Made by a program: the position numbers and the translations under genes. A stretch of 64,000 bases of DNA from Eledone cirrhosa (lineage: Eukaryota): assembly GCA_964016885.1 (NCBI GenBank), contig OZ024750.1, forward strand, positions 2,170,001 to 2,234,000. Reading direction: 5' to 3'. The notes under the pieces were generated by a model. It had not been told where the DNA came from. It worked only from the letters and a program-made list of their open reading frames with translations, and made no database searches. Within the stretch, counting starts at the first letter, position 1. Each line of letters starts with the position of its first letter. Shown in pieces: positions 1 to 15,472 of the stretch.

Positions 1-605
1 TATGCACACACACACACGTACACACACGTACACACTCATACATGCACATATACACACACATGCACATATACAAACGCACACACGTACACACGTGCATACA
101 TGCACACTCTGACATAGATACAAGAAGAGCCTCTTTTAATGATTAAAGTGAGGAAAGGAAAGAATCTGCTGTAGGTAGACGAGTGTAATAATGAGAATAT
201 GTTTTGATAGAACAAAAGCAACAGAGAAAAACATCGTTTCTCATTGTATTTTATTCATTTGGAATTGGTAAAAGAATGTAAACATCGAAAAAGTTCGGTA
301 GTGCCTGTTCTTCATTCAATCAATCGACTGCGTGCCTAACAATCCATCAGCCTGCTTTGCCAACTTACTTGTTAACGGTCTGCATGCTTTGGTCGTCTGC
401 TTGGTCATGTTTTTAGAGTATCATCTTGAAAAAGAAAATACCATATGCGATACATTTGCCAACGATTTTAGCTCCGAAGAATTAGGTAAATATATTGGTT
501 CTTTTTCTATATTTTCTATATTTTGTATATTTTGTATATTTTGTATACAAACATGTTTACTTCTTTATACGTTTACACGTTTTTTTTCTAAGATATTGTT
601 CTCAT

Positions 606-639
<34 letters not shown>

Positions 640-744
640 CTTTTAAATTCCATCTGTGATAACATTTTACACGTTTTTATTGTATGTAAACTTCCCCCTT
701 TGTATTTGTCCCCTTCTTTTGTGCCCCTGTGGCTAATAAAGAAA

Positions 745-1360
<616 letters not shown>

Positions 1361-1400
1361 TATTGTTTCTTCTCTGGAATTTTACCCGCCCTATATATAT

Positions 1401-1847
1401 ACTAGACCTGAAAAATGCGCAAGCTCAAAAGAGCTACAGAATGTTACAATAAACCTTCAAAGGTGTGGAACTAGAATTGTTGCTCAAAAATATTGTAATC
1501 ATTATCTATCGTACACTCTGTGGTACCCTTTTTATAAAAAAGAGACTCATAACGAACTCAAGACGACGCGATAATTATTTAAGCTAATGTTCAATAACTC
1601 ATATTAGATGTTTAGTAATGATTAATACGAAATGTACTTAAACCGAATTCTATATTATAAATTCACTTAAATAATTATCGTGTCGGATTGAGTTCGTTAT
1701 GAGTCTCTTTTTTATAAAAGGATGCCACAGAGTGTACGATAGATAATGATTACAATATTTTTGAGCAACAATTCTAGTCCCACACTTTTGAAGGTTTATT
1801 ATAACATTCTGTGGCTCTTTTGAGCTTGCGCATTTTTCAGGTCTAGT
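1401..1847. mobile_element. Foldback/MITE-like element with ~183-bp inverted arms and ~82-bp spacer
   Basis: ACTAGACCTGAAAAATGCGCAAGCTC... (1401-1583) is the reverse complement of 1666-1847 with few, mostly transition, mismatches. Confidence 0.85.
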
Positions 1848-3758
1848 TTAATATTTTTTTAAGGCAACGCTTGTAATAACTCTAGTTAAACATGATATAT
1901 ATATAAATAATAAATTATCGTTGTAATGTAATTAGATTATATAATTGTTATTTTGTAAATGATCTTATAAATATTATTGTAAGATGTATAAAAATATTTT
2001 CAGACTTTTAATATAAACAACTACAAAAAACAATCAATATTAAATAAATATATTTTACATAATAATTGTTATAGTTGAATTAATAAAAATTAAATATTAC
2101 ATACAAATAGTCTTAACATAATAATAATAAAATAATCTAACATAAAACGAACAATAATATGGACAAATATACAAGTAAATATGATACAACCAATATTATA
2201 AGCGTGTTATAACGAACGGAAAAAAAATAGTTAATATAAATTTAAAAAATCATATATAAATTAACAATATAACTTACCAAAACAAGAAAAATATTTTGAT
2301 GATACACGACGAAATACAGGAGGAAGATTCGAAAGCGAAACGATAAATAAACGCGCAAACAAAGTGGCCGATGCTTTTGAACAACAATTACTCTCGTTGG
2401 TTGATTAGCCAATAAGACGATGAAATTAGCCAATAAGACGATACATTACAAAAGATGTTTGGCAGGGATCACCACGGCCAGCGAAACCCCTTGAATTTTT
2501 TATTCACAAGCTACGCACATATGTCAGACATGCAGACTTAAAACATTCTGTTGTTAGTCTCTGCGTGTCTAACAGATACGTTTGTATATATATATATATA
2601 TGTTTGTATATTATATGTGTGTGTGTATACATATCTACACATACACACACACGTATATATATATATGCGTGTGTGTGTATAAACATTCTTACATACATAC
2701 ATATATATATACGATATATATATACACACACAAATGAAACGTGGGTATGTGTGTTTAGAAAACCGTATCATACAGGTGAGTTATCACCAAGGTAACAAGT
2801 TGGAAGGGAATTGAGAGAGGTGAGATAGAAAGCAAAAAGTGGGAAATAAAGAAAATAAAAATAAAAGAGGAATGACTGAAAGTTACCATAGAAATTTATT
2901 AGTCCCAAAATATTTCGAATTATCATCAAAGAGTGAGGGTTGGTACGGGAGGGTAGCTGTAATTTTAGTTTTGGGAAATATATTTACAAACACACCAAAC
3001 TTTTCTCGGATAACATTCTAAAATCGGAATAATAGCAGCTCGTCTGGGGGGGGGGGCAAGGTGGGGGGGGGGGGGCTGTTGCAGTGGGTATAGCTAGCCA
3101 TTATCCACAGAAATTCCTCTGCCATTTTGTCCGCGGGCCACACCCAAATACCCACTCTGGCCTTCGTATAGAGTCTGTCACCCTCCCCCTTCTCCTTTAT
3201 TTCTTCCATTACATTATAATCCTTGCTTCCCTCTCCCCCTTTCCTCTCATCTATAGAATTTATAGTAATTTCCAATACTACTTTATTTTTCTATATTTGT
3301 GATAAAATATTAAATTCCTTATTATTTTTATGTAATTTTATCCGAGGAATATATTTGAGTATTTTGAAATAAAATTAATATTTTCCTATAATAACGTTTT
3401 CTAACATTTTAAAATATATTTATCAAATTAATTTTCTATATCCTAACTAGAATATGATAGGTATATATCTACAGCACCTTCTAACGCCTACAGACCACCT
3501 GTATAAATATTGGTTGAGATGGTAACATCTCCTACTTGGAATCTCTTTTAAGTGCTGTGGTAGAATCCAAACTCTTTTTATCTGGGGATAATGAGTGGGC
3601 TGGGGGACTTGAGAAGAATTTACAGAATTAATTTGCAGTATTTACCTGGCATGAGAATCTAAAGAGCCAACATTTGAATCTTATTTTAAAGGAAATTTTA
3701 TGTAAGGTGATAATTTTTCATTCATTCATGCATTAAGTCAAAAATACATTCATATATA

Positions 3759-3866
<108 letters not shown>

Positions 3867-3961
3867 TGTATTTTTTACTTCATGCATGAATGAATGAAAA
3901 ATTATCACCTTACATAAAATATATATATGTCTATGTATATCTATCTATCTATATATAATGA

Positions 3962-4001
<40 letters not shown>

Positions 4002-4468
4002 GAAATGACAGGAGGCTGGATTTGTGTAAATCCTTGAAAGCTCTATACAGTGGTGAACCTCAAACCTGAATATATATATATATATTAGAAAGTGAGGTTT
4101 CTTTTACAAAATGAAAAATAACCGAGGTGTCCTACACGAGTGAAAGTATAAAGAAAAAAAGATGAAATCGAAAATGCAACTGGAGTCTTATTTTTTTTAA
4201 AATATATATATTTATTTGGTTCCTTTACCGGTTTCGCAGTTTTTCTTCTTTTCAAAAGTAGAGTTGAGATGGAGGGTCTGTGGTTTTTCTCACATTTTCT
4301 CATATATATATATATATACATGAAAGACGTAAAATAAGAAAATTATAAAAATTAACTTACTAAAATTTCACTCCAACTAATTAGTTTCTGAAAGGGAATA
4401 AACATGGTTTCCGAATGGAACACATGGAGAATGCCTTTCGTCATCATATGTTGGTAGATATACTAATT

Positions 4469-4523
<55 letters not shown>

Positions 4524-4952
4524 TGTGTGTATGATTGTGTTATATGAGTGTGTGATTACATATATGCATGTGTGTGTATGTGACTGCGAAAAAAAAGAAA
4601 ACTTGTTCTTATGATGAAGGAGAGAAATTAAGTTTCTCTCGCCTTAGTGAAGTATTAAATGACGTTAGTGGTGGTACTTGGCTATGTTAGAGCTTTAGCC
4701 TCGCTATCACTCGCGGCATTACCATGACCCTCTTGGCTTGCCTTAAACTATTTTTAGAAAGAAACGACAGAATTCTTTGTTGTAGCGTGTAATTATTGTG
4801 TGTGTGTTCTCGCCTTTTGTTATTTGCTTGATAAATATTTATTGAATTGTTTCTGTCATAAATCCTATTTATTATAACAAATTATGTTTATATCAAGGCC
4901 GGACTTTCACGTGCTGGGACGGAAGCGACGGAGGTCCAACAACACAACACTA

Positions 4953-4988
<36 letters not shown>

Positions 4989-5247
4989 CACAACAAACAC
5001 ACACACATATGTGTGCGTATATATATATATATAAATAGGTATGTGTATGTGTGTGTGTGCGAATGTATGTGCCTGTGTTCTAAATAGGTAAATACAGAAG
5101 ATCCCGTTAAGGGTGAAAACACCGATTCTTTGCTTAAACTTTAATCTGTTATTTTAATAAATATTTGCTCTACGGTTCTTATATATTTCATATATATTTA
5201 TCCTTATCGAGCCCTCTTTGGATTTTAGTCTTCAAATTTATTATTAT

Positions 5248-5335
<88 letters not shown>

Positions 5336-5562
5336 GTTGTTGGACCTCCGTCACTTCCGACGACGAGTGTTCCAGTTAAATTAATCAATGGAACTGCTTG
5401 TACATATTATATACTTAGCTTACTCATTGTATAGATTAAAGAGGTCGAGGTTTGCGGTCCATATACCATATACCATATTTTATGTAGAAAATCGTCTCAA
5501 GAAAATTGATAAGTTATTGCAAAAATTTGACAGATACAGTGAGTCCGTTCTTTGACAATTAC

Positions 5563-5753
5563 AATAATTGTTTCTACTTTTGGCAAAAGGCCAGCAAATA
5601 CCCAGTACATTACTGGTACTTTATTTTGTCGACCCCGTAAGGATGAAAGGCAAAGTTAATCTCGATGGGATTGGAACTCAGACCGTAAGGGGACGTAACC
5701 ATGCTAGAAAGCATGGCGTCCAACCCTCTACCGATTCTTCCAATCCACCGACC
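5563..5753 (-). mobile_element. SINE, same family
   Basis: Reverse complement of the 17759 consensus. Confidence 0.85.
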
Positions 5754-6162
5754 TGACAATTCCAATAATAACTCCATATATGCTTCGGCCATATTGGAAT
5801 TTAGCCAATGGATGACGTTAAGGAAGAGTTTCTATGTGAAAAGAAAGAGTTTAATGTTTGTATAGTTTAAAAATGTAAGAGAAACAATGAAGACTTTTGG
5901 GAGGAAGAAAGAAAATTGTAAATCTATAAATAATCTAGAAGACGGTAAAGTTTAAATTAAGAAGTAAAATATTTTGATTTAAAGATCCAGATATAACAGA
6001 TACTACTCGAGGAGTTTGGGGCAGTCTCAGAGCACTCAATGGAGCAAGAAGTTAAAATATGATCGTCCAGAGTAAAACACAACAGTTAAAATGTGGGACA
6101 CCAAGAAAAACGACAGAAGACAGTGGCCATACTTATACCACAACAACGATAAATATAGAAAG

Positions 6163-6190
<28 letters not shown>

Positions 6191-6198
<8 letters not shown>

Positions 6199-6545
6199 AT
6201 ACCTGGGGAGGGTCATATTGTTGTAATAATATTGCCAGAAATAATAATGGAACACGCTTACTGTTTGGTTGGTTTTCGCTTCTGTATTTTTTTTTTTATA
6301 TCTCCGTAGTTAATTTATTTGGCAATCAATGTTTATCATTGATTGACCAACGGTTAAAAATACAGATATAAATATATATATAGTCTATGAAAGTTCTTTC
6401 GTTGTACATCTGCAATATCATTAGTGACTGTGTTCTGTTATTATTTCTGTCAGTATTATTACAACAATATGACCCTCCCCAAGTATAACAATATTTTTTC
6501 GACACACGATTTCATATTAAAAACCTTGCAAAACAAATTCATATA
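6191..6545. mobile_element. Penelope-like pLTR foldback element (family of 35446-35854)
   Basis: Inverted arms atattgttatac..gggagggtcat / atgaccctcccc..gtataacaatat; degenerate hammerhead at 6387-6428 (-). Confidence 0.6.
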
Positions 6546-7061
6546 TATAAATTCTTGAAATACATTCCTTGAGAAAAAGGGCTCATCCAGAATGTACTGA
6601 AGCCGCCCTCCTGCCTCCTCTGCGCAAGCACAACAGTCTGGCAATGGGTCTGCCTGTTTACCATTCCCTCGGCGAGATAGCCATCATTTCTTCGATAACT
6701 AAGCGAACGTATATTCATTTATAATCTACTTTACTAACATTTACGGATACTACATTATAATACATATTTAATATAGAACTCATTTAATAGCTAAGTTTCT
6801 GAACAGTAATAACTCTCAGTTGATGAACTGACAATGTTCTAATATATAACAGCAACATTCCCCTCACGATTTGATGTGTAGACAACTATTACAGCCAATG
6901 AATTAATTATTAGAAACAACTTACGTTAATTCTGTTTAAGCTATGTTACTAAACAATCTCTATATGAAACAATATATTTTTCTTTTCTTTTAGCAATCTG
7001 TGAATAAAATAACAGCATGGTTAGTTAGAGGTTTACAACGGACCAATTACTGGTTTTACAT

Positions 7062-7140
<79 letters not shown>

Positions 7141-8364
7141 GGCTTCTACAGGACTGGAACTGTTTTATTTAAAAAATCGCCAGGAAAGCCGATTTCTTTC
7201 TAATGAAAGAGTTCTTCTAGCCATATAGAAGCCATTTCTATATTAAACTTGATGTTTACACTCTACTAATGTATTGAGTACCTTACTGTGGTTACCCTCG
7301 ATACAACAGAACAATCATTTAGGGGGCGATTTTCACCACTAAATCAGGAATATTCTTCCGAACTCCATTACAGTGAGGGGGTTTTCTTTGAGAGAAGGTT
7401 ATATATATTGCTCACAGTAACAATTACATTACATAGAAAAGTGTATCAATAACGAAACTTCTTGACAATTCACAGTAGACAATACTAAATTTTGTGTGTT
7501 CTTAAATACCTAAATTAACTTTTCTATTATGTAACTGTTTCAACAGTTGATTCCATCCACAGAGTGATTTTACTTTGGCTTGATTGTCTGGTTCTAGTCT
7601 TTGACACGAACATAATGTAGCATCATTAGTGACAGGATACCAAATATTGATCCTAAAGTCGGTTTGTTTGCATTCATTGGCATGGCCACCAGAGACTCCT
7701 GAAAACAACTTTATTCCTCTCACTAAATGTTTTGTTCTGATTTACTTACAAAATATGTTATACTACTCCGATGTACGTAACTTTATTCTCGGGACAGCAG
7801 AGAATACCGAGAATAAGAATCAATTTGAAATCCAACTTTAAATGAATATGGATTCCCAGTTAATATCTAACATTTCCTTTTCATAACGTATTGTCTTCTT
7901 CCTTCAGAAATATTTTAATTGTTTTGTTTGTTTTTTTATGACTAAGAATAAATGAATGAGCAAATGAATGAATAAATGTATCAGAACATCCCAAGAGCGC
8001 TACAACTGCTTAAGGTGAGAAGGTCGGAAAAGCAGAATAATAAAACAGTGAACATAAAATAAATTAGATATGAATGGTGAGAGATTCTCCAAGTAAATGA
8101 ATTGAAATCACAGAATAACATGTTGTATGTATTATTATTCTTTCCTTTTCTATCTCCATTTATCATGTTATTGCTCATCCGAAATTTTTAATATCATTTT
8201 TACTATTCTTCGTTTACAGATCTACAATGTAGTAGAGTTCGATCATTGTAAAGATTCTGGAATCAATTCATTTACCAAGTGAATGAGCAAGCTGTATTAC
8301 GGTCAAGTGTTATTTCAAATTATTCTCCGCTGTTTGAAAAGGTGAAGAAAACAATTTTTCCACC

Positions 8365-8802
8365 ATGCTTTGTTATTCGTCCCCAACAGCAGATGAGATT
8401 AACATCGCTTCTAAAAAATATCGTGTCACCCCTGTACGTTCAAACTCAGTTCACTACACATCATTGAAAATATCAGATCAGAAATATGGCCGGGTTATTA
8501 TAACACAACCCGATAACTGTACAGTGAATCAACCATTACCTCCACGTACCACCAATTACATCGGGCTTGCTGTAGTTGTTCTCATTTGCTTTAACCTACC
8601 ATTTGGTGTTATTGCAGTGCTATTGTCAATTAAGTCAAATAAAGAATTTGAAGCTGGTAATTTCGAAGGAGGACGATACAAAGGCCGATTATCAATGATT
8701 GTCAGCGTTACAGGGATATCTATTACTTTGGTCACCATTATACTTGTTATTTTTTGGCCAGTTATAATACGAAAATCAAGAGATGAACATTATATCAACT
8801 GA
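8365..8802 (+). CDS. CD225/dispanin family (PRRT1/IFITM/TRARG1-like) two-hydrophobic-segment membrane protein, 145 aa
   Basis: ORF in strong context ccaccATG. C-terminal half PPRTTNYIGLAVVVLICFNLPFGVIAVLLSIKSNKEFEAGNFEGGRYKGRLSMIVSVTGISITLVTIILVIFW follows the CD225 pattern (P-x-x-Y, hydrophobic segment with C..P.G..A...S, G-x-x-E-x-A-type loop, second TM). Polypyrimidine/CAG acceptor ends at 8219, and a possible upstream donor AAG|GTGAGA lies at 8015. Confidence 0.85.
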   Translation: MLCYSSPTADEINIASKKYRVTPVRSNSVHYTSLKISDQKYGRVIITQPDNCTVNQPLPPRTTNYIGLAVVVLICFNLPFGVIAVLLSIKSNKEFEAGNFEGGRYKGRLSMIVSVTGISITLVTIILVIFWPVIIRKSRDEHYIN

Positions 8803-11169
8803 CCATTATGGTTTACTTCATCATATAATTGTTGACAAGTAATTAAAAGAAAAATTACTTATTTTTCTATTTTCTTATGAATTCTGTTAAGAAAATATTT
8901 TCATGTTAGGCTGGAGATATATATATATTTATCTGGTACTTTACATAAAATGTCAGCTAGAAAGTAAATATTTAGTTATAGACTAATGAGTTCGCAAGAA
9001 ACATAGCAATCTATTTTGATTTTATAAATATAAATATATATATATTTTAATTTTCTATATTGCAATTCTTAAATGTAAAGATAACTCAATCATATAATAT
9101 TTGAACAAATGATATTTAGATCTCAAACCCTATAATTACTAGAGATTTTATCCAAGATATATATTTCGCATACATTTTAAAGAAGTTATTTTCTATACAG
9201 ATTTATATTCTCGGCGGTGTGTTGGCAGAATCGGTAGAATACTTAGTTACGTCCTTTACATTCTAACTTCAAATCTTGGGGTCAACTTCGTTTTTCATCT
9301 GTATGGAAGTTCAAGTACTACTGTTGATATAACCAACAACATCACACCCGACAGATTTGTGGCTTCTTGCCTATGTTAGAAATGATCTTATTCCCAATTA
9401 TACCGAATTCACTTTGCTCACGTTGCTAACGGCTTAATTTCTTCTCTTCTATTAACCTGGGGCCTGGTGACATTGTAACAAATTATGAATTCTGTTTTGT
9501 TTTTAAAAAAAGAACCACATATTTACAAACTACACTCCAAGATGTTTTTGATAAGTTTCAACGTTACAGCAAAATTATTACAGACTGAATTTATATTTAC
9601 TCATTTCCATTCATGTTCCTTCGTTTGCATATATTTTCCATTTGTAACAATCTGACACGTGTGTAATGTATAGATTATTAAAATTATATTACCTTACTAA
9701 ATGGTTTCGTTGTTTGTCGGTCAAGTGTTTTGATTTTGTCGTTATTGATATATGTTGTCTAACTGTTATATAGCTATTATCAAACCTAACAAAGAAATAT
9801 ATTATTAATCTTCATCTTTATACGTTAGAAATCGTTAATTATAATTGCTTCATATATATTTACTAAGCATACAATAAGTTTTGTCCGTATTCATTCTTTT
9901 TTTCTTTCCATATTTAAAAAAGAAGAAAGAAAGAAAATCTTGGGTTAGGCTTTATTTTGACGTCTCTTCTTATCTCTACAGACAGTTGTAAAGCTCAATC
10001 AGTTGTGTAGTATCGATTACTTCTAGTCTTGATTGGTCTTCAACACTGGTGCAACAAATAACAATGGACATCTTTTCATTTATTTAGTAGTTTTTTTTAC
10101 ATATTGCAACATTAATTTCCTTCTTGGAGAAATTTCAACTAAACTATCACTACTTAGAAACAATGTCTACAGACACAAACAACACGATTAAAAAAACGTC
10201 GGTGTGTTTGTTTTTCTCTTTAATAAACACTATATATAAACAATACATCTCTGTTCAGATAACGATTGTAGACTAAAGAGAAAGATATAGATGAAGAAAT
10301 GTATGTTCATATTCCGTGACGAATGTTGAACTGTTATTTAAAGATGCTTCTCAGATCACGACAGTAAAAACTTACTTTAAACGTGTTTGTAGCATTTAGA
10401 CATTGATAAATTAATGAACATATCAATGGTCAAATTACTCACATATCAAAAGCAGCGAATTGGCAGAATCTGAGTCGGATAGAAGGCATTACACTCTACC
10501 CAACTCACACATAACCTGCGTGGACAGGTGAGACAGTCAAGGTCGATCTTATACCTTCAATTTTAAAAGTCAGTCAGCCCTTCTCTACAGAAATATTATT
10601 ATTATTCTTTATATTAATGTTAATGATAAAGAATAAATTATATATATGTGTATATATATATATATACCGAAATTTTCCAAACTCTGCTTCGTAGAATCGA
10701 GACATATCCGAGGATCTTGTGTTTTCAGAGTCAAATTTGATCATTGCATCGATCGTGCCTCGAGCTGGTCGCCAGAGAAACGCCAGGTTTTAAAATGCTC
10801 TAGAATCGCTGTATGTTAACATGGCGCCCTTACGACGCCCTCAGGAATTGCAGAATAAGAGAGAAAAGAAATATTCAATTTTAACAATCTGCTTTGCTTT
10901 TTACCTTTTTTAGACTTCAGTCTGTATAATCTGAAACACTTAACGGCATTGGACTTATCTCGCCTCTGGAGATTTTATGAGCCATTCTTTAAAAACTTAA
11001 ATTTTATTTGTCATCCATTACTATAGGTTTGACTTTGGAAAACACCATTCCGGTTTCTTAAGAGAAATGCATTAAAAACATTTTACAGAAAATAGGTTAG
11101 GTTTTTGTTCCTTAAGCTGATGAATAACATATATCGATTAGTAGGTACTTTATATATATATATATATAA

Positions 11170-11365
11170 GTTTATCCCGGGTTCAATCGGGGGTAACCAC
11201 AGTAAGTAACCACAGTAAGTAAGGTACTCAATACAAAGCAGAGTATAAATATTTAATATAGAAAGGCTTCTACAGGACTAGAACTGTTTCGTTCGGGAGA
11301 AATTATCAGGAAATGATTTCTCCCGAATGAAACAGTTCTAGTCTTGTAGAAGCGTTTCTATATTA
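11170..11365. mobile_element. Short hairpin-forming repeat family (probable Penelope pLTR fragment); other copies at 7138-7310 and 38143-38302
   Basis: Shared gcttctacaggactagaactgtttc / gaaacagttctagtcctgtagaagc palindrome plus tail tgtattgagtaccttac..tgtggttacc; each copy next to (TA)n. Confidence 0.6.
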
Positions 11366-11408
11366 TATATATATATAACGAAGGAAGTGTGGTAAGTAAC
11401 CAGGTGGA

Positions 11409-11467
<59 letters not shown>

Positions 11468-11468
<1 letters not shown>

Positions 11469-11663
11469 CGAGGGTTGGCTAAAAGGTTCATAGGCTGGCC
11501 AAGATACTTTCATGAAATGACCAAAAATGAGATTTTTTTTCAACATAGTCCCTGGAAAGAAACGATGCAGTTATTAATAATAAGAGTTGAAATTAATACA
11601 AGATTCACAGCTCTAGCATCATTCCTTCATTGTCAGCCTATGAACTTTTTAGCCCACACCGTA
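11468..11663. mobile_element. Mariner-derived MITE (ACGAGGG-type end); related ends near 15747, 49533, 52557
   Basis: ggctaaaaggttcataggctg / cagcctatgaactttttagcc inverted ends in TA context. Confidence 0.6.
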
Positions 11664-11972
11664 ATGTATGAATGCATGTGATTGTGTGATGAGGGAGGAA
11701 GTGACACAGTAAACGAGTCTTGTGTTGTCTTTTACAATCATCAACAAAGCCTTTACAAGTTTGGTGATTTGAAATTACGGGAAAACACAATAATGACCTT
11801 GTACATAAATGGTGAGGAAACCAATTCATTACTGTTTCTGAAAGGAATCGAGAACAAATCGATGTCTCAACTCAATTTTAAGGTCTGTTTTGTTTGTTGT
11901 TGTTTTTTTTTCTTTTTGTCTTTTTTTACATCATCTTTAGATGGCTTATTTTATCAGTAATTACAATTCCCT

Positions 11973-13410
<1,438 letters not shown>

Positions 13411-14024
13411 AGGCACGCACAAACGTACAAACAAGCAAGCACACGTATAACGCATGCGTACACTATATACTATTATATTCTCCATTGTTGCAAGCGGTGG
13501 TTGTTAGCTGACAACCGAAGTTGTTTCCTTTCGAAGCCACCAACAGTTTGCTGACAACATATATTATATAGATTAGTGATTTGTTTGAATTCTTACCATC
13601 TTATTTGTTTGTAACTGAATTTTCTGTTTTCAGCTACTGCTGACAAAACAGACAAAATAAGTCAGTCAGTCTTTACTTTAGACAATAAATGACTAACAAA
13701 TAATAGCATTGTTGTGTGATTGTGATATTTGAAAAATAAGGGATTTATTCTGCTTGTTCACAGTTCTTGATTTTGACGAGGTTAACTTTGCCTTTCATCC
13801 TTACGGGGTCGATAAAATAAAGTACCAGTAATACACTGGGATAATTGCTGGCCCTGTGCCAAAAGTAGTAACAATTATTACTATTACAGTCTTTGTTATA
13901 AACCTTTTTTTCACACAGAAAACCCCACACTGTACCATCCTGTACTGTCTTTATTGTCCTCTTAATGTAAGCCCTTTGTGACTAATAAAGAAACTATAAT
14001 TATTTTCATTAATATCATTTATAA

Positions 14025-14682
14025 GTCGGTGGATTGGCAGTATCGTTAGAGAGTCGGATGCCATGCTTTGCAGCATAGAGTTACGGCCCTTTATGATCTG
14101 AGATCAAATCCCGCCGAGGTTAACTTTGCCTTTCATCCTTATGGGGTCAATAAAATAAAGTACCAGTAATGTACTGGAATAATTGCTGGCCTTGTGCCAA
14201 AAGTAGAAACAATTAATATCATATTTTCTTTTCCCTTTATGTGCAATGACTACCGATTATCAACCAGATACTATAAGATACTATAAGCTGTTTCTTGCAT
14301 TGAACATTTAAAATCTAGTAACATAAACTTGATACATTAGCTTATAGGTCTTGTTTTTTAAATCTTTTATAATAATATCAGAGTGGTTTGTATTAATGCT
14401 TTGGTGCATTTGTCAAAGTCAAATTTCATGCTAATGTTATTGCTAAATTGCTTCACAGTTGTTTGGCAGTATCAGTAGAACGTCGGACAACATGCTTTAT
14501 GGCATAGAGTTACGGCCCTTTACGATCTGAGTTCAAATCTTGCCAAGGTTAGCTTTACCTTTCATCCTTACGGGGCTGATAAAATAAAGTACCTGTAACA
14601 CACTGGTATCGATTTAATCGCCTTTACCGCCCCTCCCCCCCCCTCAAAAATGATTGGCCTTGTGCCTAAATCAGAAACCATT
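14025..14682 (+). mobile_element. Two SINE copies, same family (14025-14214, ~14455-14682); 3' fragment at 13773-13880
   Basis: A/B boxes and conserved body. Confidence 0.85.
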
Positions 14683-14716
14683 GTTTCTGTTGTTGTTGTT
14701 GTTGTAATTATTATTA

Positions 14717-14746
14717 CTAGCTGACGTACCCAGCTTCGCCCGGGTA
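14717..14746 (-). mobile_element. Helitron 3' terminus (element may extend to a TCTAT 5' end near 17093)
   Basis: Minus strand tacccgggcgaagctgggta hairpin followed by cgtcag-CTAG|T, the canonical Helitron 3' end. Confidence 0.55.
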
Positions 14747-15280
14747 AACAGATGATAAGAGAAGACAGGTAAAAGAGAAAATGACTGTATTGAATGTTTG
14801 TCTGGTTACAGTATGAGGCGAGTTCGTGTTGTCTGTGTGATACAAAATATTAATTTGAATGGACTGTTGTTATTTTATTGAAACCAGTGAATTGACATAA
14901 TTTCTATACACAAGCGTGAAACTACTGAGTATAAAGGATTTATAGAAACGCCCAATCGTTTGCACAAAAGACGTCTGAATGACTATGACGGTGATGATGA
15001 TAATAGTGACGGGTGTGTTGTTGGTCTGATGGTAATAGAATCTCGCGCACTTTCTGTGCATAATTCACACAATACATATTCTACGCCAGTGATTCTCAAC
15101 ATGAACCTGCGAAACTTTTAAAATTGACATAAAGGTTGGCCCAAGGTGGGCTTTGAAATTCTACACCACACCCACACACTGGTATAAAATTATGAAAATA
15201 CAAAAAACTGCATTAAATTATTTTCAAAGACAAATAATTCAGAAATTATTTATATAAAATGTTCGATGTTTTATTAAACA

Positions 15281-15472
15281 CAGTGAAAATCCGTTATAAC
15301 GAAATTCATGGAGAATTAAAAAATTCGCGGCAACGAAAAATCTTTATAACGAGATCGACCGAAACAAATCGAGCGTTTCTTTAATACTTCGGTGATAGAA
15401 AAAAAATTCTTTATACTGAAAAATGTGTTATAATGTCTTGTAATGTGTTGTAATAACCGAATTTTACCTGTA
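15281..15472. mobile_element. pogo/Tigger-like MITE
   Basis: CAGTGAAAATCCGTTATAAC ... taataaccgaattttacctg-TA imperfect TIRs. Confidence 0.45.

Noticed and set aside
4605-4775. Hammerhead with ~150-nt branched stem II (ATGATGA...GAAACGAC)
   Set aside because: Two core mismatches and imperfect stem I register; cannot be supported without an alignment
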